NCBI GenBank assembly: GCA_963737065.1
Contig: CAVTRC010000001.1
Location: 2,208,001-2,272,000, forward strand
Length of the DNA stretch: 64,000 nt
Origin: Candidatus Eremiobacteria bacterium
Lineage (GTDB): Bacteria; Vulcanimicrobiota; Vulcanimicrobiia; Vulcanimicrobiales; Vulcanimicrobiaceae
Direction of reading: 5' to 3'
Program-made: the position numbers and the translations under genes
Shown here: positions 29,234-38,638 of the stretch, one piece after another
How the letters are laid out: each line of letters begins with the position of its first letter
Numbering within the stretch: position 1 is the stretch's first letter
The notes under the pieces: generated by a model
The model's database searches: none
Told to the model about the DNA's origin: nothing
Seen by the model: only the letters and a program-made list of their open reading frames with translations

Positions 29234-30028
29234 ATGCAAGTTTTGGTACATGACGACGTCCGAATCGATACGCGCATTGACGGCTCCGGCGATGAAGCGG
29301 TCGTGCTAATTCATGGTTTTCCGCTCGCGAAAGAAATCTGGAATGCGCAGATTGAGATGCTCGCGCGCGCGCATCGCGTCGTCGCCGTCGACTTGCGCGG
29401 TATGGGCGGATCGAGTGTTGTCGCGGGGCCGTATTTGATGGAAACGCTCGCGGGCGACGTCGCCGCAGTGATGGATCACTTCTCGATCGATCGCGCGACG
29501 ATCGTCGGACATTCACTCGGCGGGTACGTTTCGCTCGCGTTTGCGCGCATGTATGTTGAACGCGTCGCGCGTCTCGCACTCATCTGTAGCCGCGTCATCG
29601 CCGACACGTCGCCGATCGCGAACGGCCGTAACGACCTCGCGTCGCGATTGGAAACAAGCGGTTCGATCTCGGAGGTTCTCGAGAAAAACGTGCCCGCGCT
29701 TTTCGCTCCGAATACATTGGAAAACCGGCCCGAACTCGTGCGACACGCCCGAAAAATTGCAGAAAGCAACACGGCGCGCGGACTCGCCGCTATGCTGCGC
29801 GGCATGGCGGTTCGGAGCTCCTCCGAGGACATCGCGCCCGAGCTCGGGATGCCCGTTCTGGCCGTCGGCGGCGGCGCGGATCCCGTCGTCCCGCATGAAG
29901 AAACCGAGCGAATTGGACGCCTTTTTCCGAATGTGCATGTAGAATGGATGCCGGCGTCAGGCCACCTTCCGATGATGGAAGAACCGGAGCGCTTAGCGTT
30001 GGTGCTCGACGCGTTTACCGGCGGCTGA
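29234..30028 (+). CDS. Alpha/beta fold hydrolase
   Basis: IHGFP, DLRGMG, GHSLGG nucleophile elbow, GHLPMME. Confidence 0.92.
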   Translation: MQVLVHDDVRIDTRIDGSGDEAVVLIHGFPLAKEIWNAQIEMLARAHRVVAVDLRGMGGSSVVAGPYLMETLAGDVAAVMDHFSIDRATIVGHSLGGYVSLAFARMYVERVARLALICSRVIADTSPIANGRNDLASRLETSGSISEVLEKNVPALFAPNTLENRPELVRHARKIAESNTARGLAAMLRGMAVRSSSEDIAPELGMPVLAVGGGADPVVPHEETERIGRLFPNVHVEWMPASGHLPMMEEPERLALVLDAFTGG

Positions 30029-30209
30029 CCGCGACGTCCCGGCGGCGGCGGCGGACGAGGTTATAGAGGAAGAGACCGCCGACGACCACGCCGGCGACAA
30101 GCGCTGCGACAACGACCACCTTCAGCACGACGACGAGCAGCAACAATCCGGCTAACGCCCCGGCGATGATGAGCGTCAGACGGATGAACGTGGCGAGCAG
30201 CGGATTCAT
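30015..30209 (-). CDS. Small membrane protein
   Basis: MNPLLATFIRL..., long hydrophobic stretch then RRRRR; GAGG upstream. Confidence 0.65.
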   Translation of the reverse strand: MNPLLATFIRLTLIIAGALAGLLLLVVVLKVVVVAALVAGVVVGGLFLYNLVRRRRRDVAVSRR

Positions 30210-30278
30210 GGAGTACCTCTGGACGGTCGTTGGAGTTCTCACCGTAATCTACCGATATTGATCGTGGAGGTTTCACGG

Positions 30279-30437
30279 ATGGATCTAAGCGGGATCGCGA
30301 CCAGCCTAGCGATGACGAGCGTCGCCCAAAGCGTCGACGTCGGCGTTTTGAAGGCGGTTCAAAACCTCGACGCGGCGAGCAGTGCGATGATGTTCGCATC
30401 GATCGGAGTCGGTACCGGCATCGACGCGTTTGCGTAG
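30279..30437 (+). CDS. YjfB-like putative motility-associated small protein (not on ORF track)
   Basis: GGAGG RBS; MDLSGIATSLAMTSVAQSVDVGVLKAVQ...GTGIDAFA, 52 aa. Confidence 0.7.
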   Translation: MDLSGIATSLAMTSVAQSVDVGVLKAVQNLDAASSAMMFASIGVGTGIDAFA

Positions 30438-30496
30438 TAGGCACGAACGACGCGTTCGGAGGATGCCTTCGCCCCTATAGCAGAAGACGCAGCCGC

Positions 30497-31240
30497 ATGC
30501 AGCGTCTTCTTTCTTTGGTTGCGGTGCTGTGCATCGCATTTTCTGCCTCGCCGGTAACCGCTTCGGCGGATCAGCCGGCTGCACAACGACATCTCGTGTA
30601 CGCCTTCGATGTCGGCATTCAAAACGACAGTCACAGCACCGATGCCGCGGTTCAAGGCACCGGTCAGGGAAACGGTGGAACCGTCACGGGTACAGGTGAT
30701 ACGCAGTATCTCGGCACGGGTTCCGACAAGGGTCAGATCATCGTCGACGTGCAAGGCGTCGAGCAGGATGGCGGACTCGTCGTGAACGTTGCCGAGAAGG
30801 CGCAGAACTATCGTACGGCCGCTCCGGTGACGTGCGTGGTCTATGCCAACACGAATGTCCTCTGCGGTACCGGCACGGTGAATCCGGAAGAAATGAGCGT
30901 GCTGCGCACGCTCTCGCCGCACTTCTTCGATCCGAGCGCGCTCGATGCAAAAAAGCATTGGCACGAGGGAAACGACGCCGCGGGTATCGGCATCGACTAC
31001 ACCGTTGCTGCGATGAACGGTGGTATCGTGACGATCAACGCGGAGCGTCAGGAGAAGTTTCAGGGGTCCACGCGCGGTTCAACGCAATCCACGGCGAAGT
31101 ACACGTACGACATGAATAAACTCATGCCGACGGCGATTTCCGAGTACACGACGATTCGCGAAGAAACCGGCCCGGGCCAATATTCAAACATTACGATTGA
31201 CTTGAAAGCGAATCTCGCGTCGGATACTGGAAAAGGCTAA
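30497..31240 (+). CDS. Secreted hypothetical protein
   Basis: Signal peptide ending TASA; 247 aa; host-like codon usage. Confidence 0.75.
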   Translation: MQRLLSLVAVLCIAFSASPVTASADQPAAQRHLVYAFDVGIQNDSHSTDAAVQGTGQGNGGTVTGTGDTQYLGTGSDKGQIIVDVQGVEQDGGLVVNVAEKAQNYRTAAPVTCVVYANTNVLCGTGTVNPEEMSVLRTLSPHFFDPSALDAKKHWHEGNDAAGIGIDYTVAAMNGGIVTINAERQEKFQGSTRGSTQSTAKYTYDMNKLMPTAISEYTTIREETGPGQYSNITIDLKANLASDTGKG

Positions 31241-31291
31241 CCTCTTGGAGGTGTTGACGACGACGTAAGCCGAACGAATGTTCGGTTCCTC

Positions 31292-33974
31292 ATGCCGGCT
31301 TTTGACGCGCTGCATCCTGATGTCGCACGGTGGTGCGAAGCTCATCTCGTCGATCCGACGCCGCCGCAGCGCGACGCCATCGCGCCTGGAATCGAGCGCC
31401 GCAACCTCCTCATCTCCTCGCCGACGGGTACCGGGAAAACGCTCGCCGCATTCCTTCCCGTGATCTCGCGGCTCGCGCACGCGCGCGATCGCGATGAATT
31501 ATTTGCGCGGACCTACGCACTCTACATTTCGCCGTTACGCGCACTCGGCTACGACGTCGAGCACAATGTGCGCCGGCCGATGCGCGAGATGCATCTGCTG
31601 GAGCGGCCGAATACCGAACGTGCGACGCTGCGTCGAGGCCGCATCCGCGAAAAATTTGTGCGGACCGGCGTGCGAACGGGCGATACGCCGCAGCAAGAGC
31701 GGCGCCTCATGCTTTCCCGGCCGCCGCACATTCTGCTAACGACACCCGAATCGCTCGCCGTGATACTCGCGATGGAAAGCTACCGGCGCACGTTGCGTCT
31801 CGTCGAAACCGTTGTGATCGATGAAGTGCATGCGCTCGCCGGAAACAAACGCGGCGCGCAGCTATCGCTCGTGCTCGAATCGCTGGAGACGCTCGTGGAA
31901 CAGCCGTTCAACCGCGTCGGCTTGTCGGCGACGATCTCACCGCTCGATCGTGTCGCCCAGTTCGTTGCGGGAGCGCAACGGCCGTGCGACGTCATCGACC
32001 ATCGCGGGTTGCGCAGTATTCGCATCGACGTGGTTGCGCCGTTCGCAGGTGCAATGGCGCCGCTCGAAACGGTCGCGCGAACGGCGTTGAAACTCTCCAA
32101 CGACGTGCACACGTCGCTCGTGTTCACCAACGTGCGCAGCCAGGCGGAACGCGTCGCGCACGTGATGTCCGAAGCGATGGAAGAGATGGAAGCGCCGGCG
32201 GCTTCTCCAGCCGAGGTTGCGGAGCCGAGGGTGGAGCACGTGTTAGAACAAACGCGGCCGCCGAAGAACCTTGGTTCTTTGGGCGTCCACCACTCGGCAT
32301 TGGAACGGAGCGTTCGCCATCGCGTCGAAGCGGCGTTGCGCGCCGGACATTTGCATACGGTCGTCTGCAGTTCTAGTCTGGAACTCGGCGTCGACATCGG
32401 CTTCATCGATCGCGTGCTTCTCGTCGGCGGCGCGCGCGGAATGACGTCGACGCTGCAGCGCGTCGGACGTGCCGGACATCGTCCGGGTGCAATAGCGCAA
32501 GGAACGATCATCGCGCAGGATCGCGACGACATCATCGAAGCGGCGGCGACAAAGCGCTGCATCGCCGACGGCATCATCGACGAGGTCGCAATCCCGCAAG
32601 CGCCGCTCGATGTGCTGGCGCAATGGATGGTGGCCTCCGTCTGTTACGACAAGCGGTTGACGATCGACGCCGTTCTCGCGACGGCGCGACGTGCCTATTC
32701 GTATACCTCGCTGACGCGTGACGACGTGATCCGCTGCGCGCAGTATCTCTCGGGCGGCGGAGCCGGCGGTGATGAAGCGCACGTGCGCCGCCTGGGATTC
32801 GACGGCGAAGCGATCTTCGGATTAGGCCGCGACGTCTGTTCGGCGTTTTTCGAAAACGTCGGCACGATCCCCGACGAATCGTCGGTTGTCGTACGCGTTG
32901 ATGGTTCGGACATCGGCCGCGTGGAAGAGGGGTTCGTGAACGAACTGCGCGTCGGCGACGTCTTCGTACTCAATGGCCGCACGTTGCGCGTGAAAGAATT
33001 GAGCGCCTACGTCTGTCGCGGCGGAACCCTTCGCCGCGCGCCCGACCGTTCCGCAGTGGAGTTCGCATCTCAAAGGCATTCCGCCGCCGCTTGCGCGTGA
33101 AATCAACCGTTTGCGTGTCGGCATTGCGGAACGTCTGCGCCGTCGCGACGCCGGCGGCGCTTTAGATTTTCTGCGCGTTCGCTACGCGCTCGACGGTCCG
33201 GAGGCGGCGCACGTCGTCCGGTACATCGCACAGCAGCAAGCGCTTTCGGCCGTGCCCGGCGAGGGGCGGCCGGTAATCGAGATCTATCGCATGGACGCGC
33301 GACAAACCGCGGTGTTTCACACGTGCGCGGGCCGCCGCGTGAACGAAACGCTCGCGCGCATCGTCGGTGCGCGCGTATTCCGTATCGCGAACGCGAATTC
33401 ACAGATCACAACCGACGACAACGGCTTCTTGTTAACGCTGCCCGCCGGCAAAACGCTGCCCGATGCCGCATGGGCGGAGATGCTGCGCGTCGACCGTTTC
33501 AACCGCGACCTCATGGATGGTTTGCGCAGTTCGCACCTGCTGCGCAATCACTTCCGCTACGTCGCAAACACGGGATTGCTGGTCTTGCGGCGCGCGGCCG
33601 GGCGCGCGCTGCGGCGGGGAGCCCAAAGCTGGAACAGTCAAAAAATCTTCGATCGTCTTTATCGCACCGACCGCAGCTTTCCATTACTGCGTGAAACGAT
33701 CCGCGTCGTGACGCGCGACCTGCTCGACGCGCCCTCGGCACGCGAGTATCTGGAATCGATCGTCGAGGAGCCACGCGTCCTGCATCCGATCGCCGCATCG
33801 CCGTTTACGTTCGGCATCATTACGTCGTCATTCGGCGATTCGGTCGTGTTGGATGACCGCGCGACCATGGTGGAAGCACTGCACGACCGGGTCTTGCAAC
33901 TCCTCGGCGAACGCGCCGCGGCCGGCGACGAGCCGGTCGACGAACCGCAGCTGTCGCTGACGTGGGGAACATGA
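31292..33974 (+). CDS. lhr: Lhr-core DEAD/DEAH helicase (frameshift near 33010)
   Basis: SPTGTGKT, YISPLRAL, RTGDTP, TTPESL, DEVH, GLSAT, HHSAL, SSLELGVD, QRVGRAGH, LDVLAQ, GTIPD; C-terminal part in ORF 33111-33974. Confidence 0.88.
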
Positions 33975-34744
33975 ACGCACCGCAGCCGTCGGCCGAATCC
34001 TTTGAGCTTCTCCACGGCGCAATCGCATTGCCGCGCGGTGTACTGTGGCTTTCGTGCTCGAAAGCGATCGTGGCGGCCGACGCACACCTCGGATACGAAG
34101 ACGTCATCGGCGGCGCATTGCCGTTGTGGAGCACTACGGAGACCACGCAAACGCTGCTGGTGGCGGCACGTCGCATGCAGGCAGAAGAGATCATCTTCCT
34201 CGGTGACATCATACACTCGACTCGTATGAGTGCCGGCGCTGCACACGCAGTTGACGGTGCGCTCGAACTATTGCGTAAGGAGTTCCTCGTCACGCTCGTT
34301 GCGGGGAACCACGAGGGACGAAGCCGCGGCGTCGGGGTATTGGGCGAAACGCAAGAAGCAGTTGAACGCGACGGGTGGCTCTTACTTCACGGGAACGAAC
34401 CGGTACGCGGACGCCGCTGCATCATCGGCCATCTGCATCCGAGTCTTCCGCTCGATGACGGCTACAGCATCCCCGTCTTTCTGGCCGCAGCTCATCTCAT
34501 CGTCGTTCCGGCGCTTACGCCGTACTCGAGTGGGCTGAACGTCCTCTCCGCCGCGTGCACGGAAGCGTTGCGCGAGTTCGGTGAAACGAGCGACCTGATC
34601 GTCGTTGCAGCGACGGATGACCGCATCTATCCGTTCGGCAACCGTCAAGATCTCCAACGCATCACGCTACAAACGGCTCGCTACGATGAGTCGGCGCCAT
34701 TCACGACAGCGCCACGAAGGGCGTCACGGTTGCGTCATTGGTGA
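33971..34744 (+). CDS. Lhr-associated metallophosphoesterase (PdeM/MPE-like)
   Basis: DAHLG, LGDIIH, GNHE, HG, GHLHP motifs; ATGA overlap with lhr. Confidence 0.82.
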   Translation: MNAPQPSAESFELLHGAIALPRGVLWLSCSKAIVAADAHLGYEDVIGGALPLWSTTETTQTLLVAARRMQAEEIIFLGDIIHSTRMSAGAAHAVDGALELLRKEFLVTLVAGNHEGRSRGVGVLGETQEAVERDGWLLLHGNEPVRGRRCIIGHLHPSLPLDDGYSIPVFLAAAHLIVVPALTPYSSGLNVLSAACTEALREFGETSDLIVVAATDDRIYPFGNRQDLQRITLQTARYDESAPFTTAPRRASRLRHW

Positions 34745-34758
34745 GCGTTAACGAACGT

Positions 34759-35081
34759 ATGGATAGGCAGCGAAAAAATTGACGCCGTCCGCGCCCTGTT
34801 CAAAGCCTGAAGAGTTCACGTTTACGAGTCCCTACGATGACCACATCGACAAAGCGGCGTACTTCAAACGTTGCTGGCCCAACAGCGAGCAAATCTTACA
34901 ACAAACGATTGAGTCAATCTCTCTCGCCGACGATGATGTGTTCGTCATATATCGCTGCAAAACGCGCGACGGCAAAGCCTTTCGAAATACAGAACTCCAC
35001 CACGTCGAGGCCGGCAAAATCAGAAGCGTCGAAGTGTTCTTCGGAAGAACCGACGAGGTTAAACCGACGATGGTTGTATGA
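34759..35081 (+). pseudogene. SnoaL/NTF2-like protein with disrupted 5' end
   Basis: FTFTSPYDDHIDKAAYFKRCWP, FRNTE, VEVFFG are intact; N-terminal VRALFKA is in another frame and ends in TGA. Confidence 0.65.
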
Positions 35082-35258
35082 ATGAGGTGGGGCCTCACCT
35101 CGGTACGGGGGCGTCTGATTTTTGCGACCACACAGGAGGTGTGTTTCAAAACTTGTTCCGCGCAAAAATCAGTCGAGCGCAAAAACTACACGGACGTCGT
35201 TTTTGCGCGTCCCCCGAACCGGGGTGAGGTCCCACCTCATTCATACAATCATCGACGG
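35064..35258 (+). repeat. Dispersed structured element, copy C
   Basis: Same core, enclosed by ~50 bp inverted arms CGATGGTTGTATGAATGAGGTGGG... / ...CCCACCTCATTCATACAATCATCG. Confidence 0.9.
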
Positions 35259-35272
35259 CCACCACAACGCGC

Positions 35273-35821
35273 CTACAAGCGCCCCAAACGCTCGAGTGCA
35301 GCATACGCAACCGCAATAGACGGCACCGCGCCAATCTCACCGGCACGTAGCCGCCGTGCGAATTCATCGACGGGCATCAGCGTAAACTCGACTTCTTCGC
35401 CGTCGTCGAGATGCTGCTCGTGCGTTCGCTTCGCGTCACGTGCAAGGTACGCGTGCATAATGGAATTCGAACGCACCGGGTCGGAGGGCGCGATCATCAG
35501 TTCTTCCCAGTCATCCGCGGTGAAGCCCGTCTCTTCGATTAGCTCGCGTTGCGCGCAACGTAACGGATGCTCTTGCTCTTCGATTGCACCGGCCGGCAGC
35601 TCCAGCGTGATGTCGTCGATGCCGTAGCGATACTGATACACGACGACGACGTGATCGTCGTGCGTGATCGCGAAAACGATGATGAATCCCGGTGATTCGC
35701 GGATGAAGTAATCGGTAATCCGCTTGCCGTCAGGCAGCTCGATTTCGTCCTTACGTATCTTGAGAAACTCCGAGTCGATCACCAACGTACGGGATCGCAC
35801 GTTCCACTGCGGTTTTTCCAT
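35273..35821 (-). CDS. NUDIX hydrolase (ADP-ribose pyrophosphatase-like)
   Basis: QYRY, ELPAG..E..E.P..CAQRELIEETG. Confidence 0.9.
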   Translation of the reverse strand: MEKPQWNVRSRTLVIDSEFLKIRKDEIELPDGKRITDYFIRESPGFIIVFAITHDDHVVVVYQYRYGIDDITLELPAGAIEEQEHPLRCAQRELIEETGFTADDWEELMIAPSDPVRSNSIMHAYLARDAKRTHEQHLDDGEEVEFTLMPVDEFARRLRAGEIGAVPSIAVAYAALERLGRL

Positions 35822-35865
35822 GCGCCGTTTCATACCGCACGAAGCGTTTTGCGCCCCCCTCGCGA

Positions 35866-37473
35866 ATGAAACGGCCCGTGCAAGAGAAGGTCCTTGTAGC
35901 GGGCGGCGGCACGATGGGCGCGGGCATTGCGTTCGTCGCGGCACGCGGCGGTTATGCCGTAGAGCTCATCGAGCCCGACAGCGGCGCGCGCACGCGGGCG
36001 CAGGAACGCTGGCGCAAAGACGCAGAGCGCGCAGGCGATGCGGCGATCTTCGAACGTCTAACGTTTCTCGACGACGTCCCCGCAACAAGCGACGCGGCTA
36101 TTGCGATTGAAGCGGTGCCCGAACGGTTCGACGTCAAACGTCAGGTCTTGTTGAAGTTCGAATCCGCGCTTGCAAACGATGCGATCGTCGCAACGAACAC
36201 GTCGTCGCTCTCCGTCGATGAACTCGCTGATGTCGTCGATCATCCGGAGCGTGTCGTCGGTCTTCACTTCTTCAACCCGCCGGTCGCGATGAAGCTCGTC
36301 GAAGTGATTGCGGCCAACGCAACGTCCGATGATGTCCTCGACCGCGCGCACGCGTTCGTGGAGCGTCTCGGCAAGACGGGCGTCGATGTTGCCGATACGC
36401 CGGGATTTATCGTCAATCGTGTGGCCCGGCCGTTCTATTTGCAATCGATGCGCGCGCTCGATCTGGGCGTTGCGAGCGTACCGGAGCTCGATGCGCTCGC
36501 GCGTGCGGCGGGGTTTCGCATGGGACCGTTCGAGTTGATGGACCTGATCGGGATGGATGTCAACTTCGCAACGACCCTCTCGGTGTACGAACGGCTTGCA
36601 GCCGAACGTTTGACGCCGATCGAACTGCAGCGGCGGATGGTTTCCGAGGGACGTCTCGGACGAAAAACCGGGCAAGGATTTTACGACTACGCGGGAGGCG
36701 ATCCCGAGCGTATCGATCTTCGCGTGGAAGCGGCCGCATCCGAGGAGCGCAATGAGGACGAAATCGTTTGCGTCGTCGGCTTCGGGACGATTGCGGAGCA
36801 GCTGACCGAGATGCTGCACGAGCACTATGCGAACGTCATTGGGATTCACAACGATGAGGCGCTCGATGAACTTCCGCTCGACGTGACGCTCGTCGTCGAT
36901 GCCGGTGACGGCATGAGCGATCGTTCGTCGGTCGCGCGCTCCCTTGACTCGCTGCTCGGTCCGGACACGATCATTCTCGTGGATGCGTATGCGACCGATC
37001 TTTCGGAAACGACGAAACGCATGCGCCATCCCGAACGCGTCGTCGGCTATGGCATCGTCGGCGCGCCGGAAACGCAATACGCGGTCGAAATCGTCGACAG
37101 TGACATCGTCTCCGATGATGCGCTTGCGCTCGCGCAAGAGTTGTTCGAATCGATTGGAAAAGGCGTGTGTTTGGTCGAGAACGTTCCGGGTCTCTTTCTC
37201 GGGCGCGTCATCGGCGCGATCGTCAATGAAGCGGTTACCGCCGTGCATGAAGGCGTTGCGACGGCCGACGATGTCGACACCGCGATGCGTCTCGGCGTAA
37301 ATTATCCGCAAGGACCGATCGCCTGGGGGCGCGAGATCGGCGGGCGTCGCCTAACGCACATCTTGCGTCGAGTCGCCGAAGCCGAAGGCGAAGCATTCGC
37401 GCCGCATCGCGCGCTCTGGGTGTTAGACGTTCGCGAAGAGGAAGGAGCGGACCAGATCGATGCAGGGATGTGA
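35866..37473 (+). CDS. 3-hydroxyacyl-CoA dehydrogenase (PaaH-like, duplicated domains)
   Basis: GGGTMGAGIA, IEAVPE, ATNTSSLS, GLHFFNPP, DTPGFIVNR, MRLGVNYPQGP. Confidence 0.9.
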   Translation: MKRPVQEKVLVAGGGTMGAGIAFVAARGGYAVELIEPDSGARTRAQERWRKDAERAGDAAIFERLTFLDDVPATSDAAIAIEAVPERFDVKRQVLLKFESALANDAIVATNTSSLSVDELADVVDHPERVVGLHFFNPPVAMKLVEVIAANATSDDVLDRAHAFVERLGKTGVDVADTPGFIVNRVARPFYLQSMRALDLGVASVPELDALARAAGFRMGPFELMDLIGMDVNFATTLSVYERLAAERLTPIELQRRMVSEGRLGRKTGQGFYDYAGGDPERIDLRVEAAASEERNEDEIVCVVGFGTIAEQLTEMLHEHYANVIGIHNDEALDELPLDVTLVVDAGDGMSDRSSVARSLDSLLGPDTIILVDAYATDLSETTKRMRHPERVVGYGIVGAPETQYAVEIVDSDIVSDDALALAQELFESIGKGVCLVENVPGLFLGRVIGAIVNEAVTAVHEGVATADDVDTAMRLGVNYPQGPIAWGREIGGRRLTHILRRVAEAEGEAFAPHRALWVLDVREEEGADQIDAGM

Positions 37474-38635
37474 AGTGTTCGTTGTCGACGCGGTGCGTAC
37501 GCCGATTGGACGGTTCGGCGGTGCGCTCGCGTCGTATCGTCCGGACGATCTTGCGGCAGCGGCCATCGCGGCCGTCGTGCAACGCGCGCAGTTGCCGTAC
37601 GATCGAATCGACGACGTGTTCTTCGGTGCGGCAAACCAAAGCGGCGAAGACAATCGCAATGTCGCGCGGATGGCCGCGCTGCTCGCCGGATTGCCGGTCG
37701 AAGTTCCGGGCGTCACGCTCAATCGTCTGTGCGGTTCGAGCCTGCAAGCAATAAACTCCGCTGCGCACGCGATCGCGGCCGGCGAGGCCGACGTCATCGT
37801 GGCGGGAGGCGTTGAATCGATGAGCCGCGCGCCGTACGTGTTGCCGAAGACCGACAAACCGTTCGGCCGCGGTCAGCAGCTGTTCGATACCGTGCTCGGC
37901 TGGCGGATGACCAATCCGAAGATGCTGAAAGACTGGACGATCCCGCTCGGCGAAACCGCGGAAAACGTTGCAAAGAAATACGGCATCACGCGCCAAGAGC
38001 AAGACGAGTTCGCGTACGCGTCGCAGATGAAGGCGAAAGCGGCAATCGAAGCAGGCCGTTTCGATGATGAACTGATCGCCGTCGGCGACGTGCGTGTGGA
38101 CGAACATCCGCGTGTCGATACGACGCTCGAAGCGCTCGCGAAGCTGAAACCGGCGTTCGCGCCAAACGGCAGTGTGACGGCCGGCAACTCATCGGGGATC
38201 AATGATGGTGCGGCGGCACTCGCGCTCGCCTCAGCGCACGCCGTCCAGGAATTGAACCTCAGGCGTATTGCGCGTATTGTTGCAACGGCATCGGCCGGCG
38301 TGGCGCCCGATGTCATGGGACTAGGTCCGATTCCCGCGACGCGCAAAGCGCTCAAAGCGGCGGGATTAGCGGGCGGGGACCTCGACCTCATCGAGATCAA
38401 TGAAGCATTCGCCGCACAGTCGGTCGCTTGTATGCGCGAGCTAGAATTGGATCCGCAAAAGACGAACGTCAACGGTGGAGCGATTGCGCTTGGCCATCCG
38501 CTGGGGGCGAGCGGGGCGCGTATCGCAACGACGCTTCTTCATGAACTGCGCCGCCGCGGCGGCCATTACGGCCTTGCGACGATGTGTATCGGCGTCGGTC
38601 AAGGCATTGCAACCATTTTCGAACGGACGGAGTGA
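37460..38635 (+). CDS. Beta-ketoadipyl-CoA-type thiolase (PcaF/PaaJ-like)
   Basis: NQSGEDNRNVARM, NRLCGS, NEAFA, GHPLGASG, MCIGVGQG. Confidence 0.92.
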   Translation: MQGCEVFVVDAVRTPIGRFGGALASYRPDDLAAAAIAAVVQRAQLPYDRIDDVFFGAANQSGEDNRNVARMAALLAGLPVEVPGVTLNRLCGSSLQAINSAAHAIAAGEADVIVAGGVESMSRAPYVLPKTDKPFGRGQQLFDTVLGWRMTNPKMLKDWTIPLGETAENVAKKYGITRQEQDEFAYASQMKAKAAIEAGRFDDELIAVGDVRVDEHPRVDTTLEALAKLKPAFAPNGSVTAGNSSGINDGAAALALASAHAVQELNLRRIARIVATASAGVAPDVMGLGPIPATRKALKAAGLAGGDLDLIEINEAFAAQSVACMRELELDPQKTNVNGGAIALGHPLGASGARIATTLLHELRRRGGHYGLATMCIGVGQGIATIFERTE

Positions 38636-38638
38636 TCG

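Noticed and set aside
28371..29579. 402-aa Arg-rich ORF and other ORFs crossing the structured element (28543-28785, 35082-35627, 34832-35182)
   Set aside because: Alternate frames running through repeats and real genes; the peptide similarity between them just reflects the DNA repeat
36058..37311. Long antisense ORFs (e.g. 417 aa here, also 38765-39748, 41748-42779, 52518-53456)
   Set aside because: Shadow frames of high-GC genes, with no motifs or RBS
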